Position numbers and translations under genes: made by a program. This document shows, in pieces, positions 11,801 through 22,550 of a stretch of DNA of 64,000 bases; position 1 is the first letter of the stretch, and the number at the start of each line of letters is the position of its first letter. The stretch lies in the NCBI RefSeq assembly GCF_006345805.1, contig NC_043002.1, forward strand, positions 34,844,001 to 34,908,000. Reading direction: 5' to 3'. The notes beneath the pieces were generated by a model. That model was given only the letters and a program-made list of their open reading frames with translations. It was not told where the DNA came from and did not search any database. Source of the stretch: Octopus sinensis. Its lineage: Eukaryota.

Positions 11801-14800
11801 AGAAAGACAGAGAGTAAGTATAGTTTCAGGTCTTGATGAATCTTGACTCTTTGGTCTTGTTTGTTATGGTTTACAGGTGAAGCAGAGAAAGTTTACAGAA
11901 GTTCTATGATGAATTATTTCCAGTGTATTTTTGATAAAGTCATGTTGATTCATTATTAAGACATTAATGCACTCGTTTATTAACTGGTTTTTCCTAAATC
12001 ATTTACAAGGGTTCATTGTGTACAAGGACAGTTTGTACACTAAACATCTTTTATGCTATTATTCTCATTGTGCAAACATGGCTGTGTGGTAAGAAGTTTG
12101 CTTCCCAAGCACATGGCTCCGGACTCAGTCCCACTGTTTGGCACCTTGGCAAGTGTCTTCTACTGTAGCCTTGGGCCAACCAAAGCCTTGTGAGTGGATT
12201 TGGTAGATGGATTGGCACCTTGGCAAGTGTCTTTACTGTAGCCTTGGGCCAACCAAAGCCTTGTGAGTGGATTTGGTAGATGGAAACTGAAAGAAGCCTA
12301 TTGTGCGTGTGTATATGTATGTATTTATGTGTGTTGTGTGTTTGTTCCCCCACCATCGCTTGACAACCAATGCTGGTGTGTCTATGTCTCCTGTAACTTA
12401 GCAGTTCAGCAATAACGAATGATAGAATAAGTACTAGGCTTACAAAGAATTAGTCCTGGGGTCAATTTCTTCGACTAAAACCCTTTAAGGCAGTGCTCCA
12501 GCATGGCCACTGTCAGATGACTGAAACAAGTAACAGAATATGTTGTCTTAAATTATAATGAGCCTGTATTTGTTATATCATTAGTGATAAATCCTTTGAT
12601 TATTCAAGAGTATGGTTAGTTACATTTTCTTATTTTCTTCTCATTAAACCACCTTTAGCTTGACTTTTGAGTATGATGGCCCTGATAAAGAAGAAAAGCT
12701 GCAACGAAGAGCTGCACGATTCGTTGAACATTTAAATAATTCTTCAGACTCTAAGAGGTATCGTCAAACACTGACTCTCACTATCAATAACTTTACCGTA
12801 AGTTTCTCACATTTTTTATCTCCATTTTTTAATGCAATCTAACTTCTTTCAAATTTAAACTTACCTATTTTCTCTTGTTTTTTTTTTATATAATTGATAT
12901 TTAGTGTGTTATAGGTTCATCAGACCTGTGACTTACATTGTCTTAACATTCTGGTAATAAGAACCAAAATGTTTTTCCTATAATCTTTTTACTTTTGGCC
13001 TTGACATAATTGTTTGGTTAAAAGGTTTGCTTTCCAATCACATGCTTTGGCGGTTTAGTACCACTGTATGGCACCTTGGGCAAAGCCAGCCAACGTCTTG
13101 TTGATGAATTTGGTACAAAGAAACTGAAAGAAACGTATCGTGTGTGTGTGTGTATCATCATTGTTGTTGTTTAATGTTTGTGTTCCATGCTGGCGTGGGT
13201 TGGACGGTTTGACTGAGGACTGGTAAGCAGGGAGGCTGCACCAGACTCCAATTTGATTTGGCAAGGTTTCTGCTGCTGGCTGCCCTTCCTAATGCCAACC
13301 ACTCTGAGGAGTGTAGTGGGTGCCTTTTTATATGCCACTGGCACTGATATCAGCCATGCTCAAATGGTACTTTTTACATGCCACCGACACAGGTGCCAGT
13401 CAGATAATATATATATATATAAACATGTATGTTTGTGTTTATTCTTGACTTGACATTGTACAAAAGTTATAAACTAGTGTTACTTTTACAAAAGCTGTGT
13501 TGTTTCCAATCTTTTATGGAAACATATCCTGGCCATTGTGAAATATTATCTTGCTAGAAAAAGGTGAAGGTTGGTGACAGGAAGGACATCTGACCATGCA
13601 TAATCTGCCTCATTTGATGACAATAAGTCCTCACTGTTCAATGTGGTCAACCTTTGTTTCCAGCCAATGTGATCAGTAGATAGAAGATAATTAAGGTAGA
13701 TTAAGAGGGAGAAAGGAGCCTTAGTATGAGAGGAAAAACAATGGTTGGAGTAACTGTATGGGAGAGAAAGAGTGAGTGGTGGATAGTTGTGAAAATGGTT
13801 GTAAGACAGTATGCTGGATAAGCAGAGGGAGGAGGTAGCAGCAGCTGGAATATAGAGTGGGTGATGTTTACTGGTGAAGGAAAGTGCAAGTGATAGATAG
13901 TCAAGATGGTAAGAAGGGGATGTCAGTGAAGTAGTGCATTGGATACTAAAAGATCTGGTGCACATACCTAGTTTTCCTTCATTACATGGGGCTGTTGTAT
14001 AATAAAATTACAAATACTAAATTGACCATTTAGTATTCACCCTGTCAGAAATAATGCTTATTTTATATTGTTTTGAATTTATCATACATTGTCTCATAGC
14101 TTCAAGAGTTTGATGATGTGATTGTTTACTTTTAGAATGACATTGTAGGGTAGGTGCAAGAAACCTGATCTGTCTAGTTTGAACATAAAACAGGGAGCAA
14201 AGTGGGCTTGACAGGACTGGTTTGAACATGAAAGGATTAAACACAAAAGCAACTCAATAATGTATTTACATATAAACACTTTTTTGGAACCTGGGAATGC
14301 TATCCTGCAATGTTACTTCAGGGCTGGATTGTAAATTGTTACTGTTTAGCCCTAGGTCAACCCTAACAGATCAAACCTATAATGAAAAATATCCCAAACA
14401 TGACCATCCCATCTTTTTCCTTAGGCACAATACCCTAAGTCCAGCTTATCAGATGATAAAAGAATGTATTGTGTTATTTGATGATTTAGTTATACACTTT
14501 TTACTACTTGTTTACTGAAGTCTTGACTGAGGTTAGAAGTTATAGATCCATCTTAAAAACACATCACTTTGCTCATTATTTAATGTATCTCAGTGTAGTG
14601 TTATAATTAAATATGAGAGTTGACCTTACCTTTGTGGCTATTGATAGTTGATATGTTGAACAACATGTCTATCCCACTCATTTTTGCCTTTCATGAGCAA
14701 TGACTACTACTATATTATTTCTTTATTTCTTCTATTGTCCAGACCACTGGAAGTGATGATGAGCTTGACATGGATGGTTGTGTCATTGTTGGTGAATGTC

Positions 14801-17800
14801 AAGATTTAGAGAAACAATATTTCCGTTTGACCACAGTAAGTATTTATAGCTGTTATCACCACATTCTCTTCCCTCCTCTACTAACTCACATTATCCATAT
14901 AAGCAGTGTTTCTGTTTGACTACAGTATCTATAGTTGTCATCATATATTTCTTACTACTGTTCATTACTAACACATATCCGCATAGACAAGAATGCTATA
15001 GAGATGCAAAGGTCTTCAGCTGGAGTTCAACTTCATGCTGCTTCATTATAAAAGATGACACTCTTCTTTAAAGTATTGGTCACATTGATTATATTTCATT
15101 TTATGTTTTAATGGAAGCATTTACGGAAAGGAAAAAGGTAATTCTTTTCAACAATAATAAATACTTTCAGGCCCCTGATCCTTCAACCATACGCCCTACT
15201 GAAGTTTTGAAACGATCCCTAATTATGGTACAGGATCATTGGAGAGCTAAAGCTGACTATAACTATGCTTGTGAACAGTTGAAATCAATTAGACAAGATT
15301 TGACAGTAAGTATAGACTTGCATTGATGTTTTGTTTTTCTCTTTGTTTCTTGCTTTGATGTCACTTTTTTTCATTCTTAGGATTGTTTTTCCATGTTTTA
15401 ACAATATATCTGGAGTATTATGTGAAATTACATCGCCGTTGTACACAATCACAATGATTGGTGGCATATTTGTCATCCTTGAGCAGACATTTAATAATGG
15501 GTTGAACTTATGCCAATGCAATGTGATTTTATGCTTGGCCCGCATTCGAACATTCTATTGCTGTTGTGCCAATTTATTGAAGATGCTCGCCTTATCTGTC
15601 TTCAGACATGCTGAGTGTTTTATTACTGTTTGTTACTGACATAATATCAGATCATGTTCTAAATTTACACTTCTCAAAAATAGTTATATATATTTTTGGT
15701 GAAAATATCCTTTGAAAAAAAAATTGTACTATAAAAACCATCAAACACAGAAGAAATAGAAATTATTGGAGAATATTTTTCATTATTTGCAGTTGCAAGG
15801 AATAAGAGATACATTTACTGTCAGAGTGTATGAAACTCATGCACGCATTGCTATGGAAAAAGTAAGTTCTTAATAGTTTCTCATCTAATTGAATATGGTT
15901 TAATGTATCTGATAATGTACTTGTAAGAATTTGATTTCTATATTGGTAATTAATCTCTTCAGGGAGATCATGAAGAATTTAACCAGTGTCAGACCCAATT
16001 GAAGCTACTCTACCATGAAGGACACCATGGAAATGTTGCGGAATTTACAGCTTACAGAATACTTTACTACATATTTACATCAAACACATTGGGTATCCTT
16101 CATTGCCTTTCAGTTCATTTTGTAAAACTGAGATTTACTAGAACATTTAACTGCTACCAATCACAGACTCAAATATCTGATTGTATATGTTTAATATGTT
16201 ACATATTATGTAACATGTTTTTTTTTTGTTTTCCTTCTCCATCCCACCCCCCACTCAGTTACTATCTCCCACTCAATAAAGTGCATACTGCAGATACAAT
16301 TGTTTATCCCTGAATCAGTCCTGATCTAACAGACCTCTGGTCAGATGTGTTGCAGCTGTGACCATTCTGTTTCTTATTTAGACACAGTTTATCTTGAACT
16401 ATATTATCTGTTGGGTTCAAGATGGTAAAATGTGATTTTAAGGGATTTTTTAGCAGGTTGAGCAATCACTTAGAAGAGGCTGCTTAGTTAGTTTGAATGG
16501 TTCTGAAGGAACAGTACTAGTGACCCACTGTCTGTTAATAGCAACATTGCTGTCATTCCTTCTTTATGGTTGATGTTTAAATTGGTGATTTAGTTGTGAC
16601 AAACCTCACTTGGTTCCCACTGCACAATAAACTTCAAACAATTTAAGTTTCATTAGATCTTTTACTTGTTTTATGAATTGTAGTTGTGCATGTATGGTTT
16701 AGTGGCTAAGCCTGCTTTGCAACTACAAGGTTTCAGTTTCATGATAAGTGCCTTCTATATGTCTTTCTTAAAATAGCAGGTATGGGTTATCAGCACTAGT
16801 GGTATATAGCCATAAAATACCAAAAATATTTTTAAATATTTAAAAATAATCTGTTAGTGGATGGGATATGTACAACTTTGTCAAAAATATAATAACCTGA
16901 GTTTTGTTTGCTAAACTGAAATATTTTGTTTCTCTCCAAAATGTTTTTTCTTAACCATCTTTTAAAGATTTAACAACTGCATTGGCAACTCTCAAATCAA
17001 ATCATAGAAAAGATGAGTGTGTCTATCATGCATTAAATGTGAGATCTGCTTGGGCACTTAATAATTATCATAGGTTTTTTAAGCTCTACCGGTGTGCACC
17101 GAAAATGTCTGGTTATCTTATGGATTGGTTCGTGGACAGAGTTAGAATATCAGCGTTAAAAACTATTGCGAAATCGTATGTATCCGACAAGCTTTTCATG
17201 CTTTGTCTTTATTTCTTCCTCTCTTGCTGCATACTCAATAAATGTTTTGATTTGTTCTTAATATTTTGGGTATTTTATACAAACCAAAGAGTCTTTAAGG
17301 AATTGTTTGTTTGTATGATTATACATACATTATATATTTATGAAATTTTATAGTTTTAATTAAATGCATTCTTGTATGTAATATAAATTATTACAGTGGA
17401 AAATTTTGCTATTTAAGATTATTATTCATCCTAATATTTAGGACTCATTAATTATTGAAAAACTTAAATCATTTAGTTAAAGTTACCCAATTATGTTTCT
17501 TATTTTATTTAACCTGTAATACTGTGAAACATTCTATCTTTATATCTTATATTGTTTTATATTTCAAGTGGTTTATTATGATGTCTGTGTATTAAATTAT
17601 AATTGTCAACTTAATGATTAACTGTTGTGTTTGGCAGGAAGTTTTAAATGTGTAAAGTTAGTTAGCTGTAGTATATCAAAGATTAGGTAAATTCTGTGAC
17701 ATGTCTATATATTTAACTCCCACTCTTGTGTGTGTATATAAAATGTATTATTTTAGAATACTTTGTTGAATGTCTTCTTGATAGTCTTATATTATTAAAT

Positions 17801-18663
17801 ATATGTAAATATTGTGTATTGTAAATGGAGAGATATTTGGTGAATTATTGTGTTGTGTGTTTGGTACAGAATGTAGATAATATTTTGAGAAAAAGTCGAT
17901 GGATTTCTGGATTTGAAAGAGATTGAGTTTAGATGCCATAGGCAATATTACAATATTGATTATTGATGAGTGAGAGTTGTGTGATGATGAGATTACGCCA
18001 TTATAACAATTAGAAACTTATAGGAGCCAATGAAATAAGTTTTTTTTTTTTTTTTTTAAAGACATTTTCTGTTACAAGTATATCAATATTTTCTTATTAA
18101 GTATTTTATCAAAAACTGATACAGAATCAATTTTGGTGTCAAAATCCAAGTCTTAATAGTTTTAAAACATTTTGTGTCCATTCATTCCAAAAGTAACTTT
18201 TAAACTGTTTTATGGAAACCAAGTAGTGTTGAGGTAAGTTAATGATGCAGGGTGAGTATAATGTGTTCCATGGGGGTCATAGTAATGTTGTCCTGTCTAA
18301 AATCTCATCATCATTGTTATAATTTCTCCATTTCTCTGTCAGGTAAGTAAAACAGTTTCCCTCCCCACTCTTCATATTTTCAACTCTGTAATTGATAATA
18401 ATTGTGTGACTTATTGTGCTAACTTTTTATGTTTTCTTCTTTTTCATCCCTGCTGGCCTGTCCGTTTACCCTACTCTCCAAACCACAATACAAAATGTAA
18501 TAGCTTTCGTCCTATGCTGCTGATAACTTACATCCAGAATGAATTGTCATTTTCTAACCGAGATGACTGTGTACAGTTCCTTACGGACAAGAATGTGGTA
18601 CTAAATGATGACTCTACCAAGGTGGATTGCAAGCAGAGTATGGCAGCTGTGCAGGCATTATAG
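2453..18663 (+). CDS. LENG8: Leukocyte receptor cluster member 8 homolog (SAC3/GANP/THP3 family), 13 coding exons, 5'-partial
   Basis: Exons 2453-2819, 4860-5085, 5816-5863, 8721-8864, 9662-9901, 11640-11813, 12659-12797, 14743-14835, 15171-15305, 15793-15861, 15963-16092, 16968-17175, 18504-18663. All junctions are GT-AG and phase-consistent; 2133 nt = 710 aa plus stop. The translation has LENG8 motifs ([103 protein letters not shown]). Confidence 0.95.
3150..3392 (+). mobile_element. Short RTE-LINE 3'-end-derived repeat
   Basis: GGAGTGGTTGG..TTAGGAAGGGCATCCAG...AACCCATGCCAGCATGGAAA...GATGA tail, the same as the 3' UTR of the RTE at 52666-53975. Confidence 0.75.
4860..5085 (+). CDS. LENG8: LENG8 exon
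   Basis: Acceptor TTCTTGTAG, donor GTAAGT; [15 protein letters not shown]...DNSSNA. Confidence 0.85.
5816..5863 (+). CDS. LENG8: LENG8 small exon
   Basis: 48 nt, [17 protein letters not shown], donor GTAAGT. Confidence 0.9.
5926..6615 (+). mobile_element. Non-autonomous Helitron-like element, copy 1
   Basis: A|TCTATAATAATAA start, terminal stem 6576-6615 ending CTAG|T; a second copy lies at 55264-55925. Confidence 0.7.
6721..7796 (+). mobile_element. Internally deleted piggyBac transposon
   Basis: TTAA target duplication (6717-6720, 7797-7800), perfect 12-bp TIR CCCTTTCGTTAC/GTAACGAAAGGG, and frameshifted N-terminal transposase peptides (acidic stretch; [12 protein letters not shown]...[10 protein letters not shown]...IIMGIRKLP). 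Confidence 0.9.
7860..8050 (+). mobile_element. SINE (AAGGCGGCGAGCTGGCAG family), degenerate
   Basis: Similar to the intact copy at 38371-38603. Confidence 0.7.
8721..8864 (+). CDS. LENG8: LENG8 exon
   Basis: [24 protein letters not shown]...IDWYKEPLP. Confidence 0.92.
9662..9901 (+). CDS. LENG8: LENG8 exon, RS-rich
   Basis: [13 protein letters not shown]...[16 protein letters not shown]. Only the acceptor at 9661 keeps the frame. Confidence 0.88.
10110..10410 (-). mobile_element. RTE 3'-end-derived repeat
   Basis: (CAT)n tail plus CGTTTAACATCCGCTTTCCATGCTAGCATGGGTTGGACGG; reverse complement of the RTE 3' UTR. Confidence 0.85.
10839..11134 (+). mobile_element. TTAA-flanked MITE (piggyBac-type termini) with an 85-bp local tandem duplication at its left end
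   Basis: TTAACTCTTAAGCATTCAGATT...AAATGTTAAAGGGTTAA; 10817-10901 is repeated at 10902-10990. Confidence 0.8.
11640..11813 (+). CDS. LENG8: LENG8 exon, S-rich and RG-rich
   Basis: [13 protein letters not shown]...[19 protein letters not shown]. Confidence 0.88.
12070..12540 (+). mobile_element. tRNA-derived SINE, near full length
   Basis: A-box TGGCTGTGTGG, degenerate B-box, CAGCATGGCCAC...GACTGAAAC tail, internal 74-bp duplication. Confidence 0.85.
12659..12797 (+). CDS. LENG8: LENG8 exon
   Basis: [21 protein letters not shown]. Confidence 0.9.
13160..13400 (-). mobile_element. RTE 3'-end-derived repeat
   Basis: Same motifs as 10110-10410. Confidence 0.75.
14743..14835 (+). CDS. LENG8: LENG8 exon
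   Basis: [17 protein letters not shown]. Confidence 0.92.
15171..15305 (+). CDS. LENG8: LENG8 exon, SAC3/GANP domain
   Basis: [17 protein letters not shown]...[11 protein letters not shown]. Confidence 0.95.
15793..15861 (+). CDS. LENG8: LENG8 exon, SAC3/GANP domain
   Basis: [23 protein letters not shown]. Confidence 0.95.
15963..16092 (+). CDS. LENG8: LENG8 exon, SAC3/GANP domain
   Basis: [17 protein letters not shown]...[17 protein letters not shown]. Confidence 0.95.
16093..16967 (+). other. U12-type (minor spliceosome) GT-AG intron
   Basis: 5' site GTATCCTT (16093-16100), branch site TTTCTTAAC (16947-16955) about 13 nt before the AAG acceptor, no extended pyrimidine tract. Confidence 0.9.
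16968..17175 (+). CDS. LENG8: LENG8 exon
   Basis: DLTTALATL...[28 protein letters not shown]. Confidence 0.95.
18062..18342 (+). other. Candidate poison cassette exon with three alternative donors in the last LENG8 intron
   Basis: T18-AAAG acceptor (18040-18061), in-frame TGA at 18117-18119, donors GAG|GTAAGT (18234), AGG|GTGAGT (18252), CAG|GTAAGT (18343). Confidence 0.55.
18504..18663 (+). CDS. LENG8: LENG8 terminal coding exon
   Basis: [17 protein letters not shown]...[13 protein letters not shown], stop TAG at 18661-18663; parallels the human C-terminus (FRPALPVSYLQAELAF...IDCRLS). Confidence 0.92.
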
Positions 18664-19699
18664 TTGGTAGCAGCAGCTTCACCTTTTAAACCAATTCTCC
18701 ATGTCGACAGATTTCCCTTTCAGTTGCAGGTTTTTACTTAGCAAACTCCTTCATGTTGTTTTAGTTGCCATATGTTGGTCATTAGTCTCTTACTGAGTCA
18801 GCTTTATACAACAGATGTCTGGGGAGGTGGGGAAGTGTTGTTGTTTGTAGTCAACAACTTCACCATTTAATCATACTTTATACATTATATATGTGCATTT
18901 GTCTATGTGTACATGTGTGAGACTGTGTGTATGTGTGTATATATATATACATTTATATCAACATATATATATGTGCATGAATGAGTGTATGCTTGTGTGT
19001 ATGTATGTATATTCATACATATGTATATACATACATATATATACATATATAAGTGTTTATGTATATTTTCATACATTTACTAAACCTCATTGTTGAGCAT
19101 TTCATTGGAAAAGTTCTAAAATGAAAATTTTAATTGTTATGTGTTCAATAATTCCCAAAGATTTCTAATTTTTTTTCAAAGCAGATAAAAACCATATCTC
19201 CAAGTTGGACTTTGAAAAAAAAAAAAAAAAAAAAGCAAAAAACAAAAACATTTCTAACAACCTTTTCTGGGAATTTTCCTTTTGTTCCTGAAATTTGAAG
19301 GAGGAAAGCATCTGTTTATGGTGGAAGATTTTATATCCATTCTTTCACCGGTTGACAGGAAAAGCTGAATATTGGCTGAAATGTCCATGAAATCTCTACA
19401 GATTCCAGCAACTTCTGCAATAATAAGATGAAGAAACAACATCTATGTCTAACTTCTCTCAGCTGTCTTTAAAAGAAACCCAGTAAGATTCAATCTTGTT
19501 TCAGGACTGTATTTTTTTTTTCTTGAAAATATTAAAATTTTGGACATAATTACTCTATAATAATTATAGAGTATGATATAAAAATATTTACTACTCACAT
19601 CGTCATTCTGAGGGTTAGAGTTTCTACCTCGTTACCAAATCTCCCCAGCAAATATAATCACTTTATAACAATCATGATGTCAATTTATCACAGTAACAA

Positions 19700-20180
19700 G
19701 AAGGGAAACTGAGTCCAGGCAACAGGTATGTCAATATATAGTGGCCTATATGGGTAACAACTACAAAACATGAAGCTGACTCCAGATAACAGATATGCCA
19801 CTGTATAGTGGCCTATATATGTAACAACCACAAAACGTGAAGCTGGCTCCAGACAACAGGTATGTCACTATATAGTAACTTATGTAATAACTACGAAACA
19901 TGAAGTTGATTCCAGACAACAGATATGTCACTATATAGTGGAGTGTATATATGAAACAACTACAAAACATGAAGCTGACTCCAGACAACAGGTCCATCAC
20001 TGTATAGTGATCAATGTATGTAACAATTACGAAACATGAAGCTAACTCTAGGCAACAGGTACGTCACTATATATCAACAAGAAACATGAAGGTGACTCCA
20101 GACAACAATCATCAATACAAAGAATGGTCTATATATGTACATATGACAACTGTGAAATGTGAAGTTGGATCCACGCGACA
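19700..20180. repeat. Degenerate minisatellite, ~67-bp unit, about 7 copies
   Basis: GAAGCTGACTCCAGACAACAG-like core with TCCAG/TCTAG at 19714, 19781, 19848, 19911, 19980, 20047, 20097. Confidence 0.9.
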
Positions 20181-21538
20181 GAATCATCTTTACACTGGAC
20201 TTGTCTATGTATTTGACAACTAGACAATGTGAAACAGGTTCACACATCAACACACGTATATATATATATATATATGTGTGGTGTGCGTGACATCTAAGCA
20301 GTATGAAGCAGTCTCAGACAACGGATCGACCAACGCATCAGTGTTATAAACATCTACGTAAAGATATGTGACGGGTAGGTAACTACCAGCTACTCAGGGA
20401 CAGATTTTTTTGTTAGCTAGCCAAGCTGCTAATAGCCCCCTTGAAAACCCACAGCTATTTGGGTGATTCAGTCTTGGAAGGATCATGTTTTCCTCCTTTC
20501 CCTTCCCTTTTTCTTTTCTATTTCTCTGTCTTCTCTCTTTCTTTATTTCTCTTTCTGTTACTCTCTCTTTCTCTCTCTCTCTTTTTCTCTCTTATTTCTA
20601 ATTTATTGTAAATATATTTTTTGTTGAATAAATCTGTACAGGATTAAATTTGTCATTTGAAAAATAATGGTTTTTCTCTATTCTATTTAAGCTATCTATT
20701 CATTCTGTGTCCTGATGTTGTAACTAATCATAGCTTCATTGCTACAGTTTCTAAAATATTGTTCACTAATATTGGTTTTGGTGTTGATAAATTGTCATGA
20801 CATGTCTTTCTACCCTAATGATGGATTAAAACGTTTGCTGATGCCTAGTGTACTTGCACCCTTTCCTGTAAAACTTGATATTGGTTGCCAATGAAACTTC
20901 CTTAATTTGACCAATCAGAAAACAGTTTGCTATTAACTAATTTGGTTGGTCCTCTCTCCCTAACTCAGCCCATTGCTTCTAAAATGGTGCACCATTATAT
21001 GATATACAATAAGTAGTTCCAGGTACAAAATCAGTTTTCTCTCTGGATAGTGAAAATACAGAGTGAAAGTATTTAATTTTTACTGTAGATGACAGAAACA
21101 TTAATATTTTTAATGTGATTAGAAATTACAAAGGAAGAGATTGATTGATACCAGGCTATATAAATATCATTAAGTTTTATGTATATTGAACAAAAATTAG
21201 ATAGAAATAAGCTAGTAATAAAATTTTAAAACCTACTGACCAGATATGGAAAACAGTGTTTAAGACAGTATTGCAAGGTGAGTATTAATGTGAACTACCA
21301 GATAATCTTATGTATAGATTGTTTACAACCATACCACAAGTCTTATTTTCCTGATACTTAAAAGTAAATATGTCTAAAACCAGCTAGATAGATTTATCTA
21401 TAGATTGTTTAGAACCATATCACATATCTAATTTCTGATTAACTAGAAATTTACTTTTTGTCATTAAGATTTTTCTGTTGTATAAACTTTTATATTGTTT
21501 TTTATTGCCATTTTTTTATTGTTTGCATTACATTTTAA

Positions 21539-21862
21539 TAAACAATGTGTGTGTATGTGTATATATATATATATAGTTAATCAAATATATTCAATGAGAA
21601 CACACTGTACTGAATTTCAGATAAGTGCTCTAAAGGTATTTAGAGATTTAATTAGAGCGATTATATATATTAAAAGTAAAAGCAGGAAAAATTACATCAA
21701 ATATAAACAATGTGTGGGTATGTGTATATATATATATAAGTTAATCAAATAATTCACTGAGAACACACTGTACTGAATTTCAGATAAGTGCTCTAAAGGT
21801 ATTTAGAGATTTAATTAGAGCGATTATATATTATAAAGTAAAAGCAGGAAAAATTACATCAA
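21539..21862. repeat. 165-bp tandem duplication
   Basis: TAAACAATGTG...AAATTACATCAAA at 21539 and 21704. Confidence 0.9.
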
Positions 21863-21914
21863 AAATTCACAGAAGGTATACATTCATAATATAAATAATA
21901 TTGTATTAACAGAA

Positions 21915-22130
21915 AGTTGGCAAGCTGGCAGAAACGTTAGCACGCCGGGTGAAATGCTTAGCGGTATTTCATCTGTCATTATGTTCTGAGTTGAAATTCT
22001 ATCGAGATCGACTATGCCTTTCATCCTTTTGGGGGTCGATAAATTAAGTACCAGTTGTGTACTGACGTTGCTCTAATTGACTGGCACCTTACCCCAAAAT
22101 TTCAGGCCGTGTGCCTAGAGTAGAAATGAA
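21915..22130 (+). mobile_element. SINE (AAGGCGGCGAGCTGGCAG family)
   Basis: GCTGGCAGAAACGTTAGCACGCCGGGTGAAATGCTTAGCGG...GTCGATAAATTAAGTACCAG. Confidence 0.85.
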
Positions 22131-22143
22131 TATTGTGTTATTA

Positions 22144-22444
22144 GATAAATATATAATGTATGATTATTTTAAAGGTTTGAGATATCTTATGATCATTTCA
22201 TGAATGTATTACTCTTCGAAATAAAATCCAGTAACTTTTTAAACAACATCTTTATCATACAATTTTAAATAGCATCCCTCTCATTCAATTGACTATGCAA
22301 AAAAATCATCCTTTTCACTGACGAGTGGATGTATTACCTAATAATGATTATCAATTTTGGATTTCATTTCAAAGGCTAATACATTCATGAAACAATCGTA
22401 AGATATCTCAAACCTTTTAAATAAACATACTTTATATATTTATC
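22144..22444. mobile_element. MITE with ~90-bp imperfect TIRs flanked by TA (Tc1/mariner-type)
   Basis: TA|GATAAATATATAATGTATG...GGTTTGAGATATCTT is mirrored by AAGATATCTCAAACC...ATATATTTATC|TA. Confidence 0.8.
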
Positions 22445-22518
22445 TATTTGTACAATATTATTTATATTATGGACGTATATCTTAGGTAATTTTTTCTGCT
22501 TTTACTTTAATATATATT

Positions 22519-22550
<32 letters not shown>

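Noticed and set aside
16982-17353. ORF extension past the donor at 17176 as an alternative LENG8 C-terminus
   Set aside because: The extension is F/L/C-rich intronic sequence, whereas the 18504 exon matches the conserved C-terminus. It would matter only if the intron is retained.
20878-20950. Cluster of CCAAT/ATTGG boxes as a promoter
   Set aside because: It lies between convergent 3' ends with no downstream exon or CpG enrichment that I could find; it is plausibly chance in AT-rich DNA.
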